From Macrostomum hystrix (lineage: Eukaryota; Animalia; Platyhelminthes): a stretch of DNA of 64,000 nt. Of this stretch, positions 47,716 to 59,500 are shown piece by piece. Positions within the stretch are counted from its first letter, which is position 1; each line of letters begins with the position of its first letter. The notes below the pieces were generated by a model. That model was not told where the DNA came from. It saw only the letters and a program-made list of their open reading frames with translations, and searched no databases. The stretch spans positions 10,416,001 through 10,480,000 of the forward strand of contig CATNEN010000039.1 in NCBI GenBank assembly GCA_950097015.1. Direction: 5' to 3'. The position numbers were made by a program, and so were the translations under genes.

Positions 47716-47994
47716 CATACATGCGCAACACCCGGCCGACCCGGCCGAACCGGCCGGGTGAAACGAGGGCCAAGCAAGGTAAGTCGCAAAAACCAATTGA
47801 CCAAGCGCAAAAAAATCAAAGGGGGGACCAAGGGACAAAAAAGGAAGGCGTGAAGAAAAGGAAAAAGGGGAGAAAAAGAGAGCAAATGAGAGCAAAAAAA
47901 GTCGTAAATAGAGCAATGAAACAAACTAAGTCACAAATGAGAGCAAAAACTAAGTCGCACGGCCGGCTAAGATTTGGGAGGTTGCGCATGTATG
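47716..47994. mobile_element. hAT-type MITE (279 bp), copy 1
   Basis: TIRs catacatgcgcaac / gttgcgcatgtatg, with the 8-bp TSD cttacagg on both sides. Confidence 0.92.
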
Positions 47995-50223
47995 CTTACA
48001 GGTTCTTGTGAAATAGCTGCATGGTGTAATTGTTATTATAATTCAGTTGGTCTCTAAAGCAACATATTGAGTTGTAAGACGCAAAGAAGTAGCTAATACT
48101 TAATAAGTAAAAAAATATTTTATAGGCCTAACATGCATATTATTGATATTTACTAGGCCCCTATTGTCCAGTTTGTTAAAAGTATTTTGAACACTCAGAG
48201 AGCATAGCTAAGCATTAAAGCTTATTCCAATTAATATCATTAAAAGCAACAAAATGCAAATTAGAATTTTGTCTTAAGCAGAACATTAGTTTCTCTGCAT
48301 TTTGATTTTGCACTGCTATTGGGTTAAGCATATTACTCCTAACTAAATTAAGACATGTTGCCTAATGTTTACTACCAAGCCTGAACAATTGAAGTTTACA
48401 AGTGTTTTGCTTAAATATATCACATACTTTTGAGAAAAGATAAACTGCCAATTACTCATTATTTAATTACATTCTATTTTACTCAGTACATAATTATAAT
48501 TAAGTTTTTAAAAGTATAGAAACAAGCTTGAATCGTTAGCTATAAATTAACTTTACACAAGAGTTTTGCCATAGTTATGGATATGGGTAGGTATCACAGA
48601 TGGACGGCGCACGTATTTGTGATGGCGTCACGAACAGTGTGATGGGTGGGGTGTTAGCAGTAGGTTAGATTAGGTTATGCCTACTAGGCGCATCCTGCGA
48701 ATCATGATTTTAACAGCTTTTTATTTTTTACAATTTCATATTACAATTTTACAATTCTTAAAATCACGCTTCTTAGAAAAAACGGCAAAGAATAACAAAG
48801 TATTTAATCATTTTATTAGGAGAAAATATTGTAATTTCTAAACCAGCTTTACTCAAGCTTAGCTAGAAAGTAAAATGTTTAATCCTTCATGATAATACTT
48901 CTAAATAATTAATTCAAACTCATTTTTAGTCGGTTCCTAGAAATTGATTCGCGCGGCGTCTTGTCAAAAACCATTAGCTAAGTGCATACAGCATATGCAT
49001 AGACCTACTTTCGTTGAGCTAAGCATGTTTCGATGTATCGAACCAAAGAGCCCGTCTTATAAACTCGCGTTGCTGAAGTAAGCGAAGTTTTTACATTAGG
49101 CATTAAGGGCTCAATTTTACACTGCCGAGGTAGTTCGCCGGAGCTTGACACCAGTCGAAAACGAAATCGTCATATGGGATGTAAAAAATATGTGCAGCTT
49201 TCCGTCAAAGTCAAAATCGTCATATTTAAATATTTTTAATTATCTATTATATATCGAAATCGTCATCTTTGTATGAAGATTTGAAATATCACGCTTTTGA
49301 CATTAACCAAGAGCCTAAAATGAAACCTAGTATGAATATGAAGAATGCATGAAGCTAGAGGCTACAGCTTTATACAGCATTAATAAATGTTTCCATTTGT
49401 TAGGTTTGTTACCTTTTTAACTTTAAAAAGCAAAGGTAGGTCTATAATAAATATAGTTTTACATTTATAATATAGCTCTAGCCATGATCCATACAGGTTA
49501 GTAAGGAGCAAAGCGTTTTTTTTATTTTCAGGGTAGGCCTAATAACTCAAATTGTAAAGATATATATTACATTTTAATAAAACCAATGGGCCTTGGTCTA
49601 GCAAATGCATTAGGTCTATTGATATTATACTGGTTTATATGTATATAATAATTACTAACTACTGATCTGAATAATTCCAATTAACTACTGATCTGAATAA
49701 TGTTAAAGTCTTGGAAAGCTCTTATTCTTAGCTATATCCAATGCAATGTGCAAAGGCAGCAATATGATAGGGCCTAACTCAAAATTGTCTTACTAAAACT
49801 TTTTCTTTTCTATTCTATTTAATTTCAACTTAAACTACATTTAAATCAAAACTTTACACTGAGTATAGTAACTAATCATATAAATTAGATATAGTCAATT
49901 ATCAATAAAAAATCATTTTTGTACTGAATGCTTAATTAACCTTAGGCTTCTTATACTATTTGTATGAATAACTTGCTGAGTAATGTATTAGGCCTAGCCA
50001 TTAGGGTGATAAATGGGCATGCAATTCTGTAGCTAGGTATGGCAACCAATATTAATAGTATTGTAGTGAAATGTGTCCAAATTCAGTGTTGACCATCACC
50101 TCTAATACAAATTGTCTAGGACATTTAAGGCATTAGTGTTGTGATTAAGCGCTACTCTCAAGAGTAGTCAAGTGTTTGATCTGACTACAAGAGACACCTT
50201 ATCCAGGTCCTGACCTTCACCCA

Positions 50224-50500
50224 CATACATGCGCAACACCCGGCCGACCCGGCCAAACCGGCCAGGTGAAACGGGGGCCAAGCAAGGTAAGTCGCAAAAA
50301 CCAATCAACCAAGTGCAAAAAATCAAAGGGGGGACCAAGGGACAAAAAAAGGAAGTGTGAAGAAAAGGAAAAAGGGGAGAGAAGAGAGCAAATGAGAGCA
50401 AACTAAGTCATAAATAGAGCAATGAAACAAACTAAGTTGCAAATGAGAGCAAAAACTAAGTTGCAAGGCCGGCTAAGATTTGGGAGATTGCGCATGTATG
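50224..50500. mobile_element. hAT-type MITE (277 bp), copy 2
   Basis: Same TIRs and body as copy 1, with a different 8-bp TSD (ttcaccca). Confidence 0.92.
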
Positions 50501-50997
50501 TTCACCCAGCCCACTACTCAGGCCCTAGTGAGAGTCCACTTGTATAGACAACTATATTTGGGGACCAATGGCATGGTGCATGGTCATTTATTTCATTTGC
50601 CAACTTTTTGTCTGCTGGCAGACAAAATGAAATGACTGTTTTTGAAAATAGTATAAGAACTGTACAAACATATTATTCTAAAACTTTTATTTATTAAAGA
50701 ATTAAAGAAAGTGTATTTATGATGATAAATGTTGTTAGTGAAACAAACTTATATAATATTTGCCTAATAGCATCATTCATAGAAATATTATCAGGAATTT
50801 GAAATTGTCTTTTAAGAAGACTTTAGTCTTGGTGGCTTTAGCTTTTATAGATGATTGTGTTGTTTTGCATGCTGTCATTACAAAGTTTTGCAATAATGCT
50901 AGAGGTCTATAAAATAAGTAAAGAACAAAGTTGGAAATGTTTGGTTCCAGTTTTGTATATTTATAGGCTATTTATTAGCTCTAGAACTTTAAGAAAA

Positions 50998-51302
50998 ATG
51001 GTACATCATTTTGTGACACTAGACACACAGCCAGCAAGGAGGCAATTCTGCCCATTTGGCTGACTCCTGAGCATGCCCATACACAGGCATGTGCTCTTAT
51101 AGGTGTAAACATCTGCCCTGACATTCTAATCATCAGGCAGTGTACATTCTCACTGTGCCTTGGAGGTTGGGTCTCAAGGGCATCAATTTCACAACAAGCC
51201 CCCCAAACATTCTTTCTGCGGCTGTGCCCCAATTTAATGTTGCCAGGGAATTGAGCTTGGGCACCTTGGTGCGATAAGCGAACATGTTAACCGCTCTACC
51301 AC
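50998..51302 (-). mobile_element. SINE family A, CpG-depleted copy
   Basis: Aligns to 27940-28260 with many CG-to-CA/TG changes. Confidence 0.8.
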
Positions 51303-51531
51303 TGGATAAAAGAATAAGATTGCATTATTTGGGCCGGGATTCGAACTCACGACCTTAGGTCAGAAGTTTTCAGAAGTCTCAGAACACTGAGCTACAACTA
51401 CCAACTATTTATCTTGTTTTTTTAGGCAATCAATTGACTAGAGAGTATTTTAGTTAATATTAAATTAAATTATAATTAGGATTTAAGGTTACATCAAAGA
51501 TAATTGTCATTTCAGCACTGCAAATTTCACC

Positions 51532-51813
51532 ATGGACAGTTGGAACAGTATAGTCAGCTCTGTAACCAGCCGTCTACCGCCTTCTCATATGGACTTTGAA
51601 GGCCAACGCCGGGCTGAGACCATTTTCCAGCTAGTGTTGGCTGTCTTTGGTGTCATTGGTTTCATCTGTGGCTATGCCTGCCAGCAGTTCTCCCTGACTG
51701 TGTACATCCTTGGCATTGGCTTTCTAGCCGCAGCCATTCTAACCCTGCCACCGTGGCCAATGTACAGACGGAATCCTGTGAAATGGCAGTCGGCTTCTAG
51801 GAAAGACAAATAA
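51532..51813 (+). CDS. SPCS1: Signal peptidase complex subunit 1 (SPC12)
   Basis: HMDFEGQRRAE, two transmembrane segments, QQFSLTVY..LTLPPWPMYRRNPVKWQ. Confidence 0.95.
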   Translation: MDSWNSIVSSVTSRLPPSHMDFEGQRRAETIFQLVLAVFGVIGFICGYACQQFSLTVYILGIGFLAAAILTLPPWPMYRRNPVKWQSASRKDK

Positions 51814-51881
51814 AAGTAGTCTTTGCATTAGCTTCATTTTAGTTGCTTACAAAACCAATACTGAGCGACCTGGGCTATACT

Positions 51882-51939
51882 GGTTAAATGGCGGGAGTAA
51901 CTATGCCTTTCGGTGTGTAGGTAAATGCCTCGTCATCTA
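51882..51939 (+). other. Short 28S rRNA-like fragment (helix 69-71 region) 3' of SPCS1
   Basis: ggcgggagtaactatg and aaatgcctcgtcatcta match the conserved eukaryotic LSU sequence at the correct 17-nt spacing. The intervening segment is diverged. Confidence 0.7.
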
Positions 51940-53072
51940 CTTCTAAAGAATAAATTAGATTATGTAGACAGTGGATTTGAAACCATACGTTAATAATATC
52001 TAATTTGTCAAATATGTGTCGTGTACTTTTTGTTTTACCGATTAGGGATATTTCAATAATTATTGTTGCTTTCTAAAGTTTGCACTTTAACCATTTAAAT
52101 AAAGTTGTTTGCCATTTCTAATCGACATAGTTTTTGTTCAGTAATTTGGCATGAATAAAAAATGCTTCGAATCCTTCGAATTAAGTCAATCAATTTTAGG
52201 TTATAATTTCACTTCTCGGATTTGTTTTTGTACTCGTAAATCAGATTTTTTATGTGTCTAGTATACTTTGGTGTGACTCACATTTTTTCTTGCACTGGAC
52301 AAATATTTTGTTATTGTTGTTGCATACCATTCCTCACTTACACTGTAATGAATATATATTTTATTATTGAGATAATATTCGGATTGCTTGTCGTTTGTTC
52401 GTTTGCTTGCTTTTTGTGAAATGTTTTCTTTAATCTGATTGCATGTTTACTTTCAAAATATATAGAAAATTAGTAGTTTCTCAGTACCTTATACTAAAAA
52501 ATACGGTTTTGCCGTTATAACCCCCTATATAGCACTTAATGCCATGTGAGTGCTGTTTCTTTTTGGATGGTAAAGCAACGGTATCGCTTGTTATCGTCCC
52601 TTGCCAGTTCATATTACAAAACCATTATTTGGCCCTTATATTGTAGATAAAATGAAGTCTGTTAATACTTTGAGTCGATAGGTCAGTAAAAACAAAACAT
52701 GTCGGCCTTGCCTCGGGCCTTTCTGAATATTATATTATTTGAAAGGCTAGGGCAGAAAGGGGGGTCGACAGCGAGGAGAGACAAATGAGGGTATGAAAAC
52801 CCTGGGGGGATGTACAATGGGGTTAACAGGCGATAACGCGCGCAGGGGGAAGGAAAACAAAGTTGGTGCTGACGCTAGACTGGAGGGAGGCAGAGATGAA
52901 AGGGACACGGGGGAAAATCGATAATAGATAGAAAGGGCGGGGCTGGCAGATAAACGGGTAAGAAAAAATATATTACCACACGGGTGAACAGAGAACAGGA
53001 TTGGCTAATAATAACTCACGATTTTCGCGACATATATAGTATAGAGTATCTAATAATTGTTGGTCAGGTTTA

Positions 53073-54391
53073 CGAGGGCTGCTTAATAAGTTTCCGGAAA
53101 AACATATTTTAACATATCAAACCAGCATGAAATTTTACTTCCAGTCAGACACAGATACTAACACTTCTCCAAATATCCGCCATCGCAATCCAAGCACTTT
53201 TTCATCCTGTTAAATCACGCAGAAAAACATGCCCCCAAATGGTATCTGCTGATTTTCGCCAATTCGCCTTCCATCGCATTCAGCAGCTCCTCCTTGGTGT
53301 CAAAACGCCTCCCTTTCAAATTCCGCTTTATTTTCAGAAAGAGGAAGAAATCGCAAGGCGCCAGATCAGGTGAATACGGCGGATGCGGCAGCAGCGTCAG
53401 GTTTGTCGCCGACAAAAACTCTGACGCCACTCGGGCCTTGTGTGCCGGTGCGTTATCGTGGTGCAGGATGATGTGCCGATCTCTGGTCTTTGGCCGCTGT
53501 TCTTGAAGCGATCGCAGCACTTCAGTGAGGCATCTGGTTGTGTACCACTCTGCCGTCACTGTGGCACCCTTGTCCAGCACCACAGGCGGCAGAATCCCAC
53601 AGCGACGGAAGAAAACTGCGACCATCACTTTCCCGACACTGCGTTCTCGTGCGAATTTCACCGGCACTTCTTCACCATCAGCAACCCATTGCCTGCTCTG
53701 AGCTTTAGTTTCTGGATCGTAAAAGTAGATCCAGGTTTCGTCACCTGTTAGCACGTTGGACACCAGCGGTGAGGCTCCTGTGTTGAACTGACGCAGCGCT
53801 GACTGGCAGAAACTGACTCGGGCTGTCATGTGCTCGGTAGTTAGCTGATGAGGTACCCATCTGGCGCACAGCTTGCGTACGCCAAGTCTATCGTGCAGAA
53901 TGGAATTCATGGTGCCATCTGACACCCCACATTCTGCACGAGCTCACGAGTGGTCACACGTCTGTCTTCGTCAAGCAGACGCCTGGTGGCAGCCACAGTT
54001 GTATGCGTGATGGCTGAATTCGGACGTCCTTCACGCGGATCGTCGTCAAGACCGAATGCACCAGTCCGAAAACGAGCGTGCCACTTGTACACAACGCTCT
54101 GGCTTGGGGCTTCACTTCCAAGCGCCGTTTGAAGCATCTGCAGGCACTGGGATGGAGAATTTCCCAGGCGGAAAAGCAGCAGCAGCATGGCTCTCTTGTC
54201 ACACCGGGTCAGGCTTGGAGGTGGGTCCTTGTTCTCGTCAGTCTGGGCTTTCTTGCGAGTTAACATAGAAATGCAGCGAGCTGAAATTTTAGGCATACTG
54301 TCTCAACATATTGCCCGATCATTTCCTAAAAAAGCTCCTAAATATAATGCCTAGAACTATATTTTTCCGGAAACTTATTGAGCAACCCTCG
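53073..54391 (-). mobile_element. Mariner (DD34D) DNA transposon, full length
   Basis: TA-flanked ~30-bp TIRs cgagggctgcttaataagtttccggaaaaa / tttttccggaaacttattgagcaaccctcg, with an internal transposase. Confidence 0.95.
53158..54296 (-). pseudogene. Mariner transposase with a frameshift (~53925) and a premature TGA (53215-53217)
   Basis: HTH..DDDPREGRP; WVPHQLT; TGDETW; HHDNAPAH; HPPYSPDLAPCDF. Reading past the TGA gives FNRMKKCLDCDGGYLEKC*, the usual mariner C-terminus. Confidence 0.9.
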
Positions 54392-54999
54392 TATTCGACA
54401 GTGTGTGCAGCATAATTAACCGCAGCCAAGGAGTTTGAGCGTCCGCTTCACGATTACCCTGAAGCCTTAACCTGCTGTCAAATTTTTACCACGTTTCAGT
54501 TTCATCTGTGATGTCTATGGTTAGACTTGACTGCCAACTTATTGAGTTTCTGCCAAACACCACACACGTACTTTTTTGGCTACGAGCCAGGCCCAAATAT
54601 GCTCGGGCAATTAGCTTTTCTACTTTTACTAGATTAGCTCTCGGACTTAGTGTTCTCTCGCAATCACACTACAGGTAATTGTGAGTGGGTTTGGCGTATT
54701 TCCAGTCCATGGACTGAATAGCTGTTAGGCGTGAGTGCTCATAAGCGCCGCGCAATAGCTGCGGCTGTGCTCCCGCTTACACATGAATCTGAACACATCT
54801 ATTGTTATTAATTGCAGCATAGATTCAAGCTACCAAATAATCGTAGTATTTCAGCTGCTACCGCTACCCAACCCTAAATCACAAATCTGACGCAACAAAA
54901 AGTAAAGATACATTCGTCATTACTAACGGCGTTCAGTAGGCGTGAAGGCCTAGACGGAAAGCGAAGCAACTAATTCACAAATGTGCCATATATTGGGGA

Positions 55000-55472
55000 C
55001 GTTTCGCTAACCCGAAATTTAATCACATCGTCGAACGAGACTCTTTTTGATTAGCTCGAAATATCAGAACGTCGAAAGTTCACATTATAAAAATATTAGC
55101 AAGCCTTATCACAACGCCGAAACTTCATAAAATATCGCGCTGAATTGCATTTTGCACTACAGTGATAAGATATTTCACGTCGTCGAATCGCTGTGCGAAG
55201 ACTTGAAAAATGATGAAAGGTGGTATAGCGGAGGCCCAGTGAGACGAGTACCAAGGAACGATTAATTGCCATATTCCACACTGGGCTAGGGAGTCTTGGG
55301 CCAAAGGCAGGATTATCGCACTACCAAAACCTCCTAACTCAATCCAATTCAACGTTGTAAAGTCTCCTATCTCCGCAGTACACTTCGACGTTGTGAAATT
55401 TCGGGCTTATGAAAATTCGGGTTGATGAGGTTTCCCTGCTTCGACTATGTAAATTTCGGGTTTGTGAAAGCA
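55000..55472. mobile_element. Degenerate MITE-like element
   Basis: tttcgctaacccgaaatttaatcacatcgtcgaa is inverted as ttcgactatgtaaatttcgggtttgtgaaa. Confidence 0.45.
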
Positions 55473-56567
55473 CACCAGCATGCTGTACACTGATTGTTCC
55501 GCCAATGTAGGGAATTTCAAATCGGAAAAGTAATCGTTTTTACTACAACAAAATGTATTTAATAATTTAAATTTACTCAGTGTAGTGCATTTATTTTAGA
55601 AGAAAGGCTCTTCAAATAAAATAACAAGCCTACTTTTGATTCAAGTATTTTTGTTATAATCGATTAGCATGAAAATTCAGCAATTGCGAATACAAAATAG
55701 ATCTTATCCGAACGGCAAGACTCGAAACTTTGCGTTGGCCATATTGGCTTTTTGTGTGGAGTTCTGGTAATCTGATATTTCGGCCAAGACCTCTATAATT
55801 TAACAATATTCTGTGAATTTCATTGTTAGTCCGTGTAGTAGCCATGAATTTTATATACTTACAGCCACATTGTATATTTCTGATTTCATAAAGTCAGGGC
55901 GAATATACTTTGCCCCGTTTTGCAGTTTTTTTACAATAAATATTTAAAGCGATTCAAATTTTTAGTTAAATCTGTTTCTATGTGAAAGCAATTTCCTTTC
56001 ATAATAATGAGGCTTTTAAAAATTTTTGCATGTCTTGTGTAAAATGGTTATATCCATTTGTATACATATTAAAAAAATAAAAAACTATAAATAAACTACA
56101 TATATTAAAAAAAACTAAGCATATAGGTTAAAGAATTACATGCATTTTTTATTTTTTGGATCATATTCTCTATTTACTTGGCATTAATTAAGACGAGTTA
56201 TTATCATTCTTTTTTAGTATCATTATTATGAAATTGTTTCTCTAATGGTAGGGTTACTATTTTGAAGAAAATGTAAGTCTTGCTAATTTTAAAGTTTATT
56301 ATTTTTATTTAAAAGTTTGTTACTATTTTCGGCTCATAGAATTATAGTCTGTCAGTACCATTTTTTACTTTATATATACCTTCTAATTTCATAGCTACCA
56401 CACTACTAATACAGCTTTAGCAATAGAATAATAGCCAAATATGACGAACTGATCTTTAATGAAATATTCAACTAATTCATGCCTTCCACATGCATAGCTA
56501 CTCTTTTGTACTTAATATACAATTTGCAAAATTAATTTCTTCCCGTAATCTTTCGCTTCAACCGCAG

Positions 56568-59500
56568 TCGGCCATCCACTACTTCGATTGCGGTCTGGAG
56601 CAGCCGCAGCAGCTGCAGGACGAGCAGCAGGACCAGTTTGGCGTTGTCAGCGACGCTGACTGGTTAGATGAGCTCTGTTTGTCGCTGCCCAGCCCGCCAA
56701 TCCTTCATGACCGCATGATGTCGCAGTCAGCTAGCAGCCTTCAGCAGCAGCAGCAGCAGCGGATGTGTGACTATTATCCGCACAGCGACATTCTTATGAC
56801 TGCTTCTTCGACTATTTCAACTGTCCACTCCCCATCGAGTTCATCGCTTCACGATTCGTCATCGCCCAGCTCCGGCTGTCGGCTGACTGGCGGAATCGAT
56901 GCCACGACAGTCCGTTCGGCTGACGACAGTTCTGACAGCGGGTTGGACAACAATCTGCCCTCCCCGCCTTGGCTGCAAAGGCAGCAGCAGCAGCAACAGC
57001 AGCAGCAACAACAACAGAGGGATTGGATTAGCGTGCCACACAGAGGCGCCGACAGCTGTTGCCACTCGGATTTCAAGCCGGGTATAGCTCATTCTGATGG
57101 CCCAGCACTAACTTTTGCCTTGCCCCCCCGTACAAGAAATGCCTAATTCCAAATAGGAACCGGGTATTTGTTGGCTGACTCATTTCTAAATACTGCCGTT
57201 TGCCCCTGCAGTGGCCCTGCAGCTCTGCTCGCTTTTATCCCACATTGAGGTCATAACTCAATAAGCCTGTTATTGTCGCATTCACTCCTTAGCTCTGTGT
57301 GTACCGAGGGTCTTAGAGCTGCGTATAATGCAGAGATATAGAGCCGGGAGTGAAGGCAGTAACACGCAGAAGTCCTGCTCCCCCACGCGCTGCACAACAA
57401 AATTTCGTCAGCTCAATTTTAGAAAATAATATTCCTGAATAAAACAGATTGTAGAAAAGAGAGAGTGCAGAATTAAAGACGATAGCTAACAACTATTCTA
57501 GGAACTGGCGAGCTTAAGGCGCGCTTGAAAATCGATTCCTAGCTCAAATTTAGAAATTCCTGCACTCAAAGAATTCTCGCCTTTAGAGTTTGAGCGCTTC
57601 AAGCGGTTGCACTAATTGGTGTATTTTTCTAAGGCAGTTTAGGTTTCAGTGTTTCAGTATGAGTTACTAGTTAACTAAAAACCTTGATAAATTGACTCAT
57701 TCCACAATTCACCGACTCACTCCACAATTCACTGACTCACTCCACAATTCACTGACTCACTCCACAATTCACTGACTCACTCCACAATTCACCGACTCAC
57801 TCCACAATTCACCGACTCACTCCACAATCCACTGACTCACTCCACAATCCACTGACTCACTCCACAATTCACTGACTCACTCCACAATTCACCGACTCAC
57901 TCCACAATTCACTGACTCACTCCACAATTCACCGACTCACTCCACAATCCACTGACTCACTCCACAATCCACTAACTCACTCCACAATCCACTGACTCAC
58001 TCCACAATCCACTGACTCACTCCACAATCCATTGACTCACTCCACAATCCACTAACTCACTCCACAATTCACTGACTCACTCCACAATCCATTGACTCAC
58101 TCCACAATCCATTGACTCACTCCACAATCCACTGACTCATTCCACAATCCACTGACTCACTCCACAATCGATTGACTCACTCCACAATCCACTAACTCAC
58201 TCCACAATTCACTGACTCACTCCACAATCCATTGACTCACTCCACAATCCATTGACTCACTCCACAATCCATTGACTCACTCCACAATCCATTGACTCAC
58301 TCCACAATCCACTGACTCACTCCACAATCCACTAACTCACTCCACAATTCACCGACTCACTCCACAATTCACTGACTCACTCCACAATCCACTAACTCAC
58401 TCCACAATCCACTGACTCACTCCACAATCCATTGACTCACTCCACAATCCACTAACTCACTCCACAATCCATTGACTCACTCCACAATCCACTAACTCAC
58501 TCCACAATTCACTGACTCACTCCACAATCCATTGACTCACTCCACAATCCATTGACTCACTCCACAATCCACTGACTCACTCCACAATCCACTAACTCAC
58601 TCCACAATCCACTGACTCACTCCACAATCCACTGACTCACTCCACAATCCATTGACTCACTCCACAATCCACTAACTCACTCCACAATTCACTGACTCAC
58701 TCCACAATCCATTGACTCACTCCACAATCCATTGACTCACTCCACAATCCACTGACTCATTCCACAATCCACTGACTCACTCCACAATCGATTGACTCAC
58801 TCCACAATCCACTAACTCACTCCACAATTCACTGACTCACTCCACAATCCATTGACTCACTCCACAATCCATTGACTCACTCCACAATCCATTGACTCAC
58901 TCCACAATCCATTGACTCACTCCACAATCCATTGACTCACTCCACAATCCATTGACTCACTCCACAATCCATTGACTCACTCCACAATCCACTAACTCAC
59001 TCCACAATCCACTGACTCACTCCACAATCCACTGACTCACTCCACAATCCATTGACTCACTCCACAATCCACTGACTCACTCCACAATCCACTAACTCAC
59101 TCCACAATCCACTGACTCACTCCACAATCCACTGACTCACTCCACAATCCATTGACTCACTCCACAATCCATTGACTCACTCCACAATCCATTGACTCAC
59201 TCCACAATCCATTGACTCACTCCACAATCCATTGACTCACTCCACAATCCATTGACTCACTCCACAATCCATTGACTCACTCCACAATCCATTGACTCAC
59301 TCCACAATCCACTGACTCACTCCACAATCCACTAACTCACTCCACAATCCACTAACTCACTCCACAATCCACTAACTCACTCCACAATCCATTGACTCAC
59401 TCCACAATCCATTGACTCACTCCACAATCCACTAACTCACTCCACAATCCATTGACTCACTCCACAATCCATTGACTCACTCCACAATCCACTAACTCAC

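Noticed and set aside
47716-50500. LTR retroelement or composite transposon bounded by 280-bp direct repeats
   Set aside because: Each repeat has its own TIRs and a distinct 8-bp TSD, and the interior has no coding capacity.
51330-51398. tRNA-like sequence on the minus strand
   Set aside because: It has a duplicated insert and a broken cloverleaf; likely a SINE head or pseudo-tRNA.
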